This document shows, piece after piece, positions 41,976-51,742 of a stretch of 64,000 nucleotides of DNA. The stretch covers positions 2,762-66,761 of the forward strand of contig JAXGYI010000002.1 in the NCBI GenBank assembly GCA_040772365.1, given 5' to 3'. The position numbers were made by a program, and so were the translations under genes. The notes below the pieces were generated by a model. That model was not told the origin of the DNA. It saw only the letters and a program-made list of their open reading frames with translations, and did no database searches. The stretch comes from Candidatus Moraniibacteriota bacterium. Lineage in GTDB: Bacteria > Patescibacteriota > Minisyncoccia > Moranbacterales > GCA-2747515. Every line of letters begins with the position of its first letter. The stretch's first letter is position 1.

Positions 41976-42818
41976 ATGAAAAAGATGATGGCATTGATTG
42001 TAAGTTGTGTGGTTTTCACTGTAGTTCTATCAGCATTTGCGGTACATGCCGCAGATCCCGAAGATCTTGTGAAATCGGCATGGCAGGCACGTCGCTCTGG
42101 GACAGTAGAAAACACTATGTGGAAGATGGAGGACTATGCACGCACATCTGCATCATGTGTGAATTTAACGGAAGAATCATGCTATGCCCCAACAGGAATT
42201 ACCAACACGTTTGCACAGTCCATTATGTTTGACAGTGCGGGCAATGACGGTGTGTGGACCCATTTCATTGATGGGAACACCGCCAAGGGCAAAGGGTTTG
42301 TGATGCGTCTTTACGGCAAGGATCTTGCCAGATCGGATCGCAACTTTTGCCGCGCAGTGAGTATGGTGGATCGGGTGCGGGCAATACGTCTCGCTCCGAC
42401 AAATCACACTGCCATGGATCCAGCAATCAACGTATCATGGGCGATTGTCATGATACAGACAGGTGCATCAATCTTCGTACCGCAAACAGCATACGATGTC
42501 GTGCAGGATCCGCCACATCATGTGCCACGTACAATTGCTGTACGCGTAACACTGCCCAAGATGCCCGCATACATTGCATATGTGGACGCAGAGGTACGCA
42601 TCATCCGGCAAATTGATCTTCTGGATGCACAGGGCGGTGTGGCATGGGTTGTGCAAAACCGTGCAGCGAAGATTATCGGCACGTCATGGGCGCCCTCCGA
42701 GATGTTCATTGTGAATGTCATGGAACAAAAGGCGGTGATGATGCAGGAGGTCTTTAGGGACTTCGATCACTTTCCCAAAAACTACACGTCATCCGATTTG
42801 CCGTGTGGGCAAAGATAA
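41976..42818 (+). CDS. Secreted LolA-like (outer-membrane lipoprotein-sorting family) protein, divergent
   Basis: Signal peptide ending AVHA; HFIDGNTAKGKGFV...DRVRAI pattern; position after MMPL. Confidence 0.55.
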   Translation: MKKMMALIVSCVVFTVVLSAFAVHAADPEDLVKSAWQARRSGTVENTMWKMEDYARTSASCVNLTEESCYAPTGITNTFAQSIMFDSAGNDGVWTHFIDGNTAKGKGFVMRLYGKDLARSDRNFCRAVSMVDRVRAIRLAPTNHTAMDPAINVSWAIVMIQTGASIFVPQTAYDVVQDPPHHVPRTIAVRVTLPKMPAYIAYVDAEVRIIRQIDLLDAQGGVAWVVQNRAAKIIGTSWAPSEMFIVNVMEQKAVMMQEVFRDFDHFPKNYTSSDLPCGQR

Positions 42819-42834
42819 AAGGGAGGACAGCAGC

Positions 42835-44130
42835 ATGAAGAAGATTTTTTTTATGATGTTGTGTGCGGCGATGTTGTGTAGTTGCACAACGGTGACACAG
42901 AACACGACATCGGTGCACGGGGAGGTGCGGACACGCATGTCCGCCTACTACCACAGTGAACGTGGCAAGGATGACGTTGTCGGTGATGTGCGTACGGATG
43001 TTTCCGTTATGCGCAAAACTGAAACCGTCACTGCTGCAGCGTCGGTGCGCGCAATGGCTGATACGGCCGGTGTCGCGCGCAATACGCAGATTGATAACAA
43101 CCACGAGGGGAAACGCACAATTCTCAGTATGCGGGAAGCGTACATTGAATTTGATGCCTCTCAAGTGCTACTTGACGATCTCAACGTTGCCATTGGCAAG
43201 AAAATTGTTGAAAGTGTCGTCAAGTTTGACGCGGTAGACTTCAATCCGCTTGCGCGCCGTGATCAATCGGAGCCCTTCAGTTCCATGGACAATGATGTGC
43301 AGGACGGAGTACTCATGGCATCGGTGACGTTGCCGCTCACGGAGAGTAAAAATCTCTATGGGCAATGCATTGTTGCCGGGCGTAATAATCCTATAGTGGC
43401 AACAGATCCAAAGGATCGTTGGACGCGGGACTTGCCGCAGGGAGTATCCTATGGCGATCCGCACATGGGTACAGATGTCAATTATCTGTGCCGCATGTTC
43501 TACCAACGGAATAACGGTACAATTGTAGAGGCGGCAATCTTTCATGGGTCGGCCGCCGGTGTAGATCGCGTTGTGAGTAAAGGTGTCTCGGTACATCCTG
43601 TTTTTCCGGAAGAAACGGGGGGCTATCTCGCGGCGCAAATGCCGGTGGGCGAGTGGGTTGCGCGCCTCGGATGTAGTATGCATGCACAGGCGGGAGCAGA
43701 TGACTTTGGTGTCTGTTCCGCAGAGGTGGATCGCATCTGGCAGTTCAGTGGCGGTGCATCGCTTTTTGTGGAAGTGGGGTATATCAATGCCTTCACAACG
43801 CAAAAATTGAACAGCATGCCGACGTTGGACGTGCGGCGTGCGCTGGACAACCATTTCTCCACATCCATAGAGTATTCGCCACGAGGAGGGCACTTCTATC
43901 GTCTGCGTGGCGCTTATGGATTACAGAGAGGGGACTACGCTTTCCGTATAGAGGCGGAGTACATCCTCAATCAAATATTGCCCACTCCTCTCAAATTCAA
44001 AAAAGTATTTGAGGGGATGTCTCTCATGATTCGTGCAGAACATATTGGCGGATCTGGCGGAGCGGGTAATAACTTTGATGAACATGATGAGGATGATCGC
44101 ATCATACTCATCATGCGAAAGTTATTTTGA
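42835..44130 (+). CDS. Putative beta-barrel protein (DUF1302-like), possible lipobox
   Basis: MKKIFF..MLCSC leader; MREAYIEF..VAIGKKIV, alternating beta strands, C-terminal DDRIILIMRKLF. Confidence 0.6.
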   Translation: MKKIFFMMLCAAMLCSCTTVTQNTTSVHGEVRTRMSAYYHSERGKDDVVGDVRTDVSVMRKTETVTAAASVRAMADTAGVARNTQIDNNHEGKRTILSMREAYIEFDASQVLLDDLNVAIGKKIVESVVKFDAVDFNPLARRDQSEPFSSMDNDVQDGVLMASVTLPLTESKNLYGQCIVAGRNNPIVATDPKDRWTRDLPQGVSYGDPHMGTDVNYLCRMFYQRNNGTIVEAAIFHGSAAGVDRVVSKGVSVHPVFPEETGGYLAAQMPVGEWVARLGCSMHAQAGADDFGVCSAEVDRIWQFSGGASLFVEVGYINAFTTQKLNSMPTLDVRRALDNHFSTSIEYSPRGGHFYRLRGAYGLQRGDYAFRIEAEYILNQILPTPLKFKKVFEGMSLMIRAEHIGGSGGAGNNFDEHDEDDRIILIMRKLF

Positions 44131-44168
44131 AAAAAAGAGCGGTGGACTCGCGTGTCCCCGCTCTTTTT
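44131..44168. terminator. Bidirectional terminator
   Basis: AAAAAAGAGCGG...CCGCTCTTTTT. Confidence 0.75.
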
Positions 44169-44187
44169 CTTATGGTCTGGAAGGTTC

Positions 44188-45021
44188 TTATTTCTTGATT
44201 TTTAGACGATAAGTTGCACCAGGTTGTACTGCGGGGATAGTAACCCACCCATGAGCATCCGTTGTCATTTCTGCGACCTGCGTTTTCACTTTATTGGGAT
44301 AGGCATAAATGATGACCGTTGTAGGCTTTTTGATTTTCTTCCCCTTGTCCGTAAGGAGCTGTGCGTTCAGTGCAAAGGGTTTTGTTGTGTCATAGACATC
44401 ACTGCTCTTGACTTTAAATTTGTATTTGCCAGGCAGGACATTTTTGACTTCTAAAACACCATTTGTCTTTCGTGTAACATCTGCTGTGAGGCGATCATAT
44501 GATGAGTCAAACCATGCACTGCCAGAAATTTTCGCCTTCGTTTTGATGCGTGCTAGTGCACCACTTTTTTTGAGAGTGCCCTGACCCTTAACGACAAGTT
44601 CGTACGTCGTGCCAGGTTTTACGCCACTGAGAGTAATCCATCCACGACGGTCTGTACGGAAAGTTCCACCAAAAATACGATGATCTGCAACGTGCATAAA
44701 AACACCTACATCAGTTTTGTCACGCAGTGGTTTTCCTGCAGTGTCTTTGAGGCGTATGGTAACAGCTAAAAACTGATCAGGTTTTTGGTCCTTACTATCC
44801 ATACGAAATTGATATTTTCCAGGGAGAACATCTTTGATTTTTACTGTGCTCTTACTATCAGTTTTTACACGTCGCGCCATAAACCACTGGTTGCCTTGGT
44901 TGGTATAGACATCAATAGAGGTGTTGGCAGCATTATGCCCGCTTGCACTCCAGCTAAAAAGCGGCACAAACAGAATGCTGCACATGCTTATGATAAGAGC
45001 TTTCTTCATAGGGTAGGTCAT
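44188..45021 (-). CDS. Secreted basic protein with two tandem prealbumin/CnaB-like repeat units
   Basis: Signal peptide; KxVLPGKYxF...TDxxGWxT...VxPGxTYxL occurs twice. Confidence 0.7.
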   Translation of the reverse strand: MTYPMKKALIISMCSILFVPLFSWSASGHNAANTSIDVYTNQGNQWFMARRVKTDSKSTVKIKDVLPGKYQFRMDSKDQKPDQFLAVTIRLKDTAGKPLRDKTDVGVFMHVADHRIFGGTFRTDRRGWITLSGVKPGTTYELVVKGQGTLKKSGALARIKTKAKISGSAWFDSSYDRLTADVTRKTNGVLEVKNVLPGKYKFKVKSSDVYDTTKPFALNAQLLTDKGKKIKKPTTVIIYAYPNKVKTQVAEMTTDAHGWVTIPAVQPGATYRLKIKK

Positions 45022-45063
45022 TATGTATTTTACTGCTACAAGTATACTATGAAAAATTATGCG

Positions 45064-45831
45064 CTACAAATTGTGCCACAGCTTCTGCAGTAACGCTGAG
45101 AAGGCATTGGTAATTTGTTGATTGTGAATTGTTGTACTATTTTCGGCATCTATGAGAAAAACGCAGTCTGTAACGAGAATTGTGATCGCCGATTTTTGAT
45201 GCGGGTCTACGTGGTAGCGAGAGTGTACATTGGGTAACGTAGTACGTGTGTAGTGTGCAAAATCTTGCGGCACAATTTCTCGCACAATGCTCCGTGGAGA
45301 TTGTTTATGAATTTTTTGATACGTCATGCGTATTTCTGTAAAAATATTTTGCGGCAGATCATGGTGAAAGAATACAAAGAGACCCTTATGTGCCGTTGCG
45401 ATGACATCTTCGTGCAGCAGCTTGATATTTCCACGATGGTTGTATGATGACACCGTTCCGCTACCACTAGAAGAGAGATAGGTGTTTTGTAAAATGGAAA
45501 TAATACGCAAGAACTCACGCTCCTGTTCTTCCACTTCGCGTTGCTTGATTTTGAGGAGGGAGAGTAGTGCATGTGGCGGTGTTGCAACAAAAAAGGTTTT
45601 GCGATGTTGCTTGATTTTGTTGACGAGGTTTTTTTGCGTGAGGTGGTCCAAGATACGATATGTTGTCGGGCGACTAATGCGCGCATGATGCGCTAGGGAA
45701 GACGCAGTAATCTTATGCATTGCCATGACAATGAGATAAATCGTCGCCTCATTACTAGTAAGTCCGAGCTTTTTCAATTCCATCAGGAGGACAGGATCTG
45801 GGATTTGTGGCGAATATGCAATGTTGTCCAT
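45064..45831 (-). CDS. TrmB-family HTH transcriptional regulator
   Basis: LKKLGLTSNEATIYL, ASSLAHHARISRPTTYRILDHL, FVATPP. Confidence 0.88.
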   Translation of the reverse strand: MDNIAYSPQIPDPVLLMELKKLGLTSNEATIYLIVMAMHKITASSLAHHARISRPTTYRILDHLTQKNLVNKIKQHRKTFFVATPPHALLSLLKIKQREVEEQEREFLRIISILQNTYLSSSGSGTVSSYNHRGNIKLLHEDVIATAHKGLFVFFHHDLPQNIFTEIRMTYQKIHKQSPRSIVREIVPQDFAHYTRTTLPNVHSRYHVDPHQKSAITILVTDCVFLIDAENSTTIHNQQITNAFSALLQKLWHNL

Positions 45832-45983
45832 ATTATTTTTACAAAAAAATACTATTAAATAGTATAATTTATAGATAAAAAGTCAAGTTGTCCAATAATT
45901 ATTTACAAATACGTATATACGTGTTATCATATGCACAATCATTGTTCTTAAAAAATTACATAATACTTTCTCAGGGGGAAAAT

Positions 45984-46598
45984 ATGTTCTACTTTATTGC
46001 ATGGTTGTTTTTTTGGCCCGTACGACTCTTGTGTCGCGCGGAAGGCCTGGAGCATTTCTATGGAATTGCCGGTCGTCCGTGTATCATCATCGCAAACCAC
46101 AAAGACATCTGTGATCCGTGGAAGATTGGGATACAGATGCCATGGCGCTACCCTGTGCGATGGGTGGCAAAAGAGGAATTATTCTCCTTTCGAGCCAACT
46201 ATCGGGAATGTACTGAGGACTATGGGCACGCACCGTTGATTGCGGCACTACGTGCAATCATGACAGTGGTGATTGTGCGGTTTTCTCTCACGATTCCTAC
46301 GGCGCGAGAGGTTAAGCCTGGCTCTGGGGCTGCGCCTGAAAAGCGCAAGTTGTACCGACTGCTCAAGCAAAAAAAAATCATTGGTATTTTTCCAGAGGGT
46401 GGAATCGGTGTGAGCTCCGATATTAAAAGCGGTTTTTTCAAAATCGCCAAAACAACAGGCGCCGTGATTATGCCTGTAAAAATTCACGATGGTTGGCATG
46501 TGCAGTTTATGCCACCCATAGTACCGGAGCAGTGTTCACGTAGGGAAATCGCACAGTGTGCCGATAACATCGTTGCATCGACGATTTTGAGGAGCTAA
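45984..46598 (+). CDS. Lysophospholipid acyltransferase (PlsC-like)
   Basis: ANHKDICD (HxxxxD), WVAKEELF, IFPEGG. Confidence 0.88.
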   Translation: MFYFIAWLFFWPVRLLCRAEGLEHFYGIAGRPCIIIANHKDICDPWKIGIQMPWRYPVRWVAKEELFSFRANYRECTEDYGHAPLIAALRAIMTVVIVRFSLTIPTAREVKPGSGAAPEKRKLYRLLKQKKIIGIFPEGGIGVSSDIKSGFFKIAKTTGAVIMPVKIHDGWHVQFMPPIVPEQCSRREIAQCADNIVASTILRS

Positions 46599-46629
46599 CT
46601 ACCTCATTACATTAGCATGGAGGGATGCT

Positions 46630-47838
46630 ATGAAAAAAATTATGCTTTTTACCGGTGCAACGGGTTTCATTGGGTCGTGCATCGCGACAAGACTGATGTT
46701 AGATGGACACGTACTACAATGCGTGGTACGTCCGAAAAAAGATCATGTGTCAGAAGAGCGCGTTTTGCGTAAGCTTCTATTAGCCGACACACTGATGGAT
46801 TATGAGGAGGGTCCGTCATTTTATACCAGCAAGTATTCCGTTGTGGAATCGGATCTCTCTCGTATACCAAAGTTAGGCGTAAAGCCTGACGCAATCTTCC
46901 ATGCTGCTGGAGATCCGCGCTTTGCAGAGGCACATCGCGCAGAAATCATGGAAGCAAACCTTGCCTCAACACTGGCGTTGTTGGACTACGCAACGAAAAA
47001 CGGTATCAAGGAATTTCACTACATCGGATCGGCAATGATTCATAATTTCCGATATGTGAGAAACGTTTTTGAAAAAACGGCCTGCGATCGGTATGGATAT
47101 GTGAACCCCTATACGGAGTCAAAGTGCTTAGCAGAGAAGGCACTCCTTGCGTGGGGGCGCATTCCTGGGAATAGGGCATTCATCTATTCCCCCAGCATTG
47201 TAATTGGACACAGGGAAACTGGTATGACGACATCCTTTACAGGATGGTATCAGTTTATGGAACCGCTGAATCGCCTGACGGCGCTCCCGGCAGTCAGGAA
47301 GGTGTTTGGCAACTATTTGCATAACCTTCCATTCAATGTCCTTGGTGACCCCAATGCGACAATCAACTTAGTCACCATTGACTATGTTGTGGATGTGGTC
47401 GCCAAGTTATTCGCAGCAGGGCGCCCCGGGTTATATCACCTCACTAACGCCAACCCACCCGTTGTAGAAGATTTGCTACAGTGGGGATTGGAGGTGATCG
47501 GTATTTCTGGCCTGCACATTGGGCAACCGAAAACCGGTTTGTCCAAAGTGGAGGAAATTATCCAAAGGGGCATTATGCGTGCCGTGAAGCCCTATGAGCT
47601 ATTTACGTCATCTGCGCCGCGTTTCTCGCAGCGTAATGTGCACAAAGTGCTCTGCGATGAGTTTTATGTCCAACCGGAAATTACTCCGGACATCGCGCAA
47701 AAGCTGCTGCGCTTCGCTATGCGGAACAATTTTGATCCGCAGCGCGTGGAAGACACAATGCACTTGCATGCGCGGCGCACAACAGATATCGCCAAGACGC
47801 TCTTTGGTAATAAAACCGTTGTGCCCGCACCGTCATAA
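46630..47838 (+). CDS. Extended SDR, fatty-acyl-CoA/thioester reductase-like
   Basis: FTGATGFIG, IFHAAG, NPYTESK, PSIVIG, NLVTIDYV. Confidence 0.85.
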   Translation: MKKIMLFTGATGFIGSCIATRLMLDGHVLQCVVRPKKDHVSEERVLRKLLLADTLMDYEEGPSFYTSKYSVVESDLSRIPKLGVKPDAIFHAAGDPRFAEAHRAEIMEANLASTLALLDYATKNGIKEFHYIGSAMIHNFRYVRNVFEKTACDRYGYVNPYTESKCLAEKALLAWGRIPGNRAFIYSPSIVIGHRETGMTTSFTGWYQFMEPLNRLTALPAVRKVFGNYLHNLPFNVLGDPNATINLVTIDYVVDVVAKLFAAGRPGLYHLTNANPPVVEDLLQWGLEVIGISGLHIGQPKTGLSKVEEIIQRGIMRAVKPYELFTSSAPRFSQRNVHKVLCDEFYVQPEITPDIAQKLLRFAMRNNFDPQRVEDTMHLHARRTTDIAKTLFGNKTVVPAPS

Positions 47839-47954
47839 AAATCAACCCGCCATGGTACACCATACTTTTTATGTGTACGCACCATGGCGGCTTTTATTTT
47901 TTTAAAAATGACAAGATATGATATAATAGATGCGCAATATAAAAATACTACGTT

Positions 47955-49538
47955 ATGACAATCATTCATATTTTGCCCCTTATTAGCATGTTCTTTGTGC
48001 TTTTTTTTGGGCTTTTTGTTTTTTTTCGTAATTGGCGATCGTATTTGAATTTCATTTTCATGGCATTTACCATTGTCAATGCCATATGGTTCTTTGGTAC
48101 ATTTATGATATTTCGGGGAACAGATGTGCTTTTTTGGGATAAGTTTGTGTACTGTGGTGTAGTTTTTATCCCATCCATTGTCTATCATTTCGGTGTTATT
48201 CTTACTAAGCAGGCTAAGAAGTATCAATTATATATCATTCTGGGCTATGTCATTTCCACTATATTTCTCATTCTCAATGTTTTTACAACACACTTTGTGG
48301 ATGATGTGTGGCATTATACGTGGGGCTCACACTCACAGGCGCGATTTTTCCACCACGTGTTTCTTGTCTTCTTTGCAACGTATCTTGCTCTTTTTTATTC
48401 TCTGGTCATTGCATACTATCGCAGTACGGATAGCGCGGAAGACCGAAGTCGTACGCGGTATGTACTACTCTCGTTTTTTTTCCTTACTCTTGGTGCAGTA
48501 GGGTTTTTTCCTGCATATGGCGTGAGTATCTATCCAATAGCGTATTTTTCAGGGCTACTCTTCTCTGTCACAGCGGGGTACGCAATTATGCGTTATGATT
48601 TTTTAGGTGTACGGGATTTTACATATCAAATTCTAATTATCTTTATTAACATTATCGCTGTTGCACAAATTATTACGTCACGGACACAAACGGAGTACCT
48701 CGGACAAGGCATCTTTGCACTTCTCATCATGCTGCTGAGCTATGTGCTTTTAAAAAATATGTCACATGAATACCAACAAAAGAAGCAGCTGATCAAGGTA
48801 CGTAATGAGCTTGCGCGGGCGAATATGGAACTTAAAAAACTGGATGCCAGCAAGTCAGAATTCATCTCCATTGCATCACATCAATTACGTACGCCACTAA
48901 CTGCGATCAAAGGCTACATCTCTCTGATCCTGGAGGGTGCCTATGGGCAAAATGCTGATCGCACGCAAGATGCTCTCAACAAAATCTTCATGGCAAACGA
49001 ACGCCTCATTCAACTAGTGGAGGATATGCTCAATCTCACACGCATTGAATCCGGACGCTTGGAGTATAAGATGGAAGACGGCGTGCGCATCGAAGATATC
49101 ATTAATGAGATCAAGGATGTGTTTACACTACGCGCGCAAGAGAAGCAGCTAGAATTTATCATTGCTCTTCCAGAAAAACCGCTACCAGCAATTACAGCAG
49201 ATAAGATGAAATTGCGCGAAGTGGTGTCAAATGTTATTGATAATGCCATGAAATACACAGCAGAGGGCTTTGTGCGTGTTTCCGCAGAAGATCGAGATGG
49301 TATTGTACGTATCGTTGTGGAGGATTCCGGCATGGGTATTTCGCCGGAGTCACTCAAGACATTGTTTACGAAGTTTTCGCGCGGCACGGACTCTACGAAA
49401 ACTTATACCGATGGAACGGGTCTAGGTCTCTATGTTGGTAAAAACCTCATTGAATCGCAAGGCGGGCGTATCTATGCCGAATCAGATGGTGTGGGCAAGG
49501 GGACGCGCTTTATTATTGAGATGCCAGTTACACGCTGA
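47955..49538 (+). CDS. Sensor histidine kinase with multi-TM (7TM-type) N-terminal domain
   Basis: ASHQLRTPLT H-box, NVIDNAMKYT, DSGMGI, GTGLGL. Confidence 0.95.
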   Translation: MTIIHILPLISMFFVLFFGLFVFFRNWRSYLNFIFMAFTIVNAIWFFGTFMIFRGTDVLFWDKFVYCGVVFIPSIVYHFGVILTKQAKKYQLYIILGYVISTIFLILNVFTTHFVDDVWHYTWGSHSQARFFHHVFLVFFATYLALFYSLVIAYYRSTDSAEDRSRTRYVLLSFFFLTLGAVGFFPAYGVSIYPIAYFSGLLFSVTAGYAIMRYDFLGVRDFTYQILIIFINIIAVAQIITSRTQTEYLGQGIFALLIMLLSYVLLKNMSHEYQQKKQLIKVRNELARANMELKKLDASKSEFISIASHQLRTPLTAIKGYISLILEGAYGQNADRTQDALNKIFMANERLIQLVEDMLNLTRIESGRLEYKMEDGVRIEDIINEIKDVFTLRAQEKQLEFIIALPEKPLPAITADKMKLREVVSNVIDNAMKYTAEGFVRVSAEDRDGIVRIVVEDSGMGISPESLKTLFTKFSRGTDSTKTYTDGTGLGLYVGKNLIESQGGRIYAESDGVGKGTRFIIEMPVTR

Positions 49539-49621
49539 TTGGCGATGGGGATAGATGTGTACGTAGTGATGTAGCGAACGATTTTGTGGTATCCTATGAC
49601 TAGGAAGTAACATACTATTTT

Positions 49622-51463
49622 ATGGCGATCATACAGATACTTTCACCAAAGCACCTGATTCCACTCATTCATGCAACGATCTGGCGTTTTCCCACTGGGG
49701 TTGCTGCGGCGCTTGTAGCAACAGTCTGTGGTGTAATGGCGGTAGATCATAAAGCAGATGCGGCAGAATTTTTTGGTGTTATAGGCATTGTGGCGGTTGG
49801 CGTGATGGTATGGAGTGTTGCGGTAACACTGAGCACGGAACGGCGTGGTATATGGTGGGTATGGGGCGCCTCTATTTTTGTTGTTGCGCTCGGAGCACTA
49901 TACTATAGCAATGTGCCGCATACAATAGGTGATTTTCTCATGCTGCATACTATGCGGACGGGTTTTGTGATTTTTTCTGGTGTTCTCTTTCTATGTGTTG
50001 CGCCATTTGTGGTGAGACGCGATGACCGTAGTTTTTGGTTTTTTGTGATGAGGATATGTGCGCGTTTCACGTTTGCTGTTGTGGTTGCGGCGACGTTCTA
50101 TGCGGGCATTGCGGCAGCACTGGCAAGTGTGCACTATCTCTTTGGTGTCTCGGTTGAGTGGGAGTGGTATGTGCGTGTGTGGATCGTGATGGCGGGATTT
50201 GTGGCGCCACTGATTTTTATGGCGGGTATTCCGCGTGCGGATGCACTGTACGATGTACAGATGCATACAGCGCCGCCGCGTGTCGTGCGAATTTTTGCGC
50301 AATACGTTCTTGTGCCGCTGTTGGCGCTCTACGCTGTTATTCTCTATGCCTATGGTACAAAAATTCTCTTGACACGCGTGTGGCCGCAGGGCGGTGTAGG
50401 ATACATGGTACTCATTTTTGCGAGCATGGGTCTTGTGACAACGCTGATGCTTGCTGTGGACCGTCATAATCGTCGCTGGATCCCCATCGTATCACGTGCA
50501 TTTTTTATTATTCTCCTACCAACACTAGTTCTTTTGGGTGGGGCGATTTATGTGCGTATTGCGGATTACGGGTGGACACCAAGTCGCTACATTGTTGTAC
50601 TGCTTGGTATATGGTTCTGCGGACTTTCTCTTTTTGCTATGATCCGCAAAAATACTGATTTGCGTATTCCATTCCTCACACTTATAGTCCTTGTCTTTGT
50701 GAGTCTCTACGGACCGTGGAGCATGTTTGCCGTATCGGTGCAATCACAAGTGGGGCGCCTGGCGGCACTCTTGGATCAAGAGGGTATTCGTATGCATGGC
50801 ACGATTGCAAAGTCAGAGGATGCACGAGAGCTATCCTATGGACAGTTCACTGCTATTCAGTCGCGTGTGCGACTACTTGCAGATCTAGACGCGCTTGATC
50901 GGATCACGCCGTGGTTTGCAGTGGATAATCAGCCGAAAGACCTATCAGAGCACGCGCGCAATAAACACACCACCTATGATCGTACGTCGCGTGTTCTTGA
51001 TGCTATGGGTGTTACGAGCACCTACTACAGCACGTCGAGATCATCAACGATCTATTATCATACAGAGAAACCGCCCCACAGTATTACAGTAACGGGATAT
51101 GACTACTACATTCCCCACATCTCTGTGCGCATAGGTGACAAGGATGACTATCTTGATGCCACTGATGAGCAGATGTATGCGTTTTCTGCTACAGAGGATG
51201 CCGTGCTTACTGTAGCAGGCACTGCGCACTCAGATTCTGCGCTAGCGACAACGCATACAGAATTACAGACAATCATTGCCGATGTTGCGCGTGCCTATGG
51301 AGAGGGCAGTGGCATACCGTCAGAGATTGATACTGTGCGCATTCATGGTGCTGAAGAAATTTTTGACTGCACAATTCAATCTATGGAAATCACGGATGTA
51401 GATACAACACCGCATCTTGCCGAACTATCTCTCAGTTGTCTCGTTGCGCGCTCTACACCATAA
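49622..51463 (+). CDS. DUF4153-like multi-pass membrane protein
   Basis: RFP near N-terminus, YVLVPL...ILYAY..KI...WPQG, RIADYGWTPSRY. Confidence 0.8.
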   Translation: MAIIQILSPKHLIPLIHATIWRFPTGVAAALVATVCGVMAVDHKADAAEFFGVIGIVAVGVMVWSVAVTLSTERRGIWWVWGASIFVVALGALYYSNVPHTIGDFLMLHTMRTGFVIFSGVLFLCVAPFVVRRDDRSFWFFVMRICARFTFAVVVAATFYAGIAAALASVHYLFGVSVEWEWYVRVWIVMAGFVAPLIFMAGIPRADALYDVQMHTAPPRVVRIFAQYVLVPLLALYAVILYAYGTKILLTRVWPQGGVGYMVLIFASMGLVTTLMLAVDRHNRRWIPIVSRAFFIILLPTLVLLGGAIYVRIADYGWTPSRYIVVLLGIWFCGLSLFAMIRKNTDLRIPFLTLIVLVFVSLYGPWSMFAVSVQSQVGRLAALLDQEGIRMHGTIAKSEDARELSYGQFTAIQSRVRLLADLDALDRITPWFAVDNQPKDLSEHARNKHTTYDRTSRVLDAMGVTSTYYSTSRSSTIYYHTEKPPHSITVTGYDYYIPHISVRIGDKDDYLDATDEQMYAFSATEDAVLTVAGTAHSDSALATTHTELQTIIADVARAYGEGSGIPSEIDTVRIHGAEEIFDCTIQSMEITDVDTTPHLAELSLSCLVARSTP

Positions 51464-51560
51464 CGTATATCGTTTTGCAGAGACGATCCGATGTGATCGT
51501 AGGACAGTATAAAAGTTCTTTACTTTTTATAGTGCACTTGTTATGATGGCGACGTATCTG

Positions 51561-51631
51561 CGGGATGTCGTATACCGGTAGTACGCATGATTCGGGTTCA
51601 TGTAGACCGAGTTCGATTCTCGGCGTCCCGA
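51561..51631 (+). tRNA. tRNA-Pro(CGG)
   Basis: CGGGATG/CGTCCCG acceptor, CATGA-TTCGGGT-TCATG, CCGAG-TTCGATT-CTCGG; CCA not encoded. Confidence 0.93.
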
Positions 51632-51652
51632 CAGGCAGTGCTATGTATTTTT

Positions 51653-51723
51653 CGGGGTGTCGTATAGTGGTAGTACGCAAGCATGGGGTGCTTGTAGCCG
51701 CGGTTCGATTCCGCGCACTCCGA
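51653..51723 (+). tRNA. tRNA-Pro(GGG)
   Basis: CGGGGTG/CACTCCG acceptor, CAAGC-ATGGGGT-GCTTG, CGCGG-TTCGATT-CCGCG; CCA not encoded. Confidence 0.93.
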
Positions 51724-51742
51724 CATGAGAGTCACAGACTTT

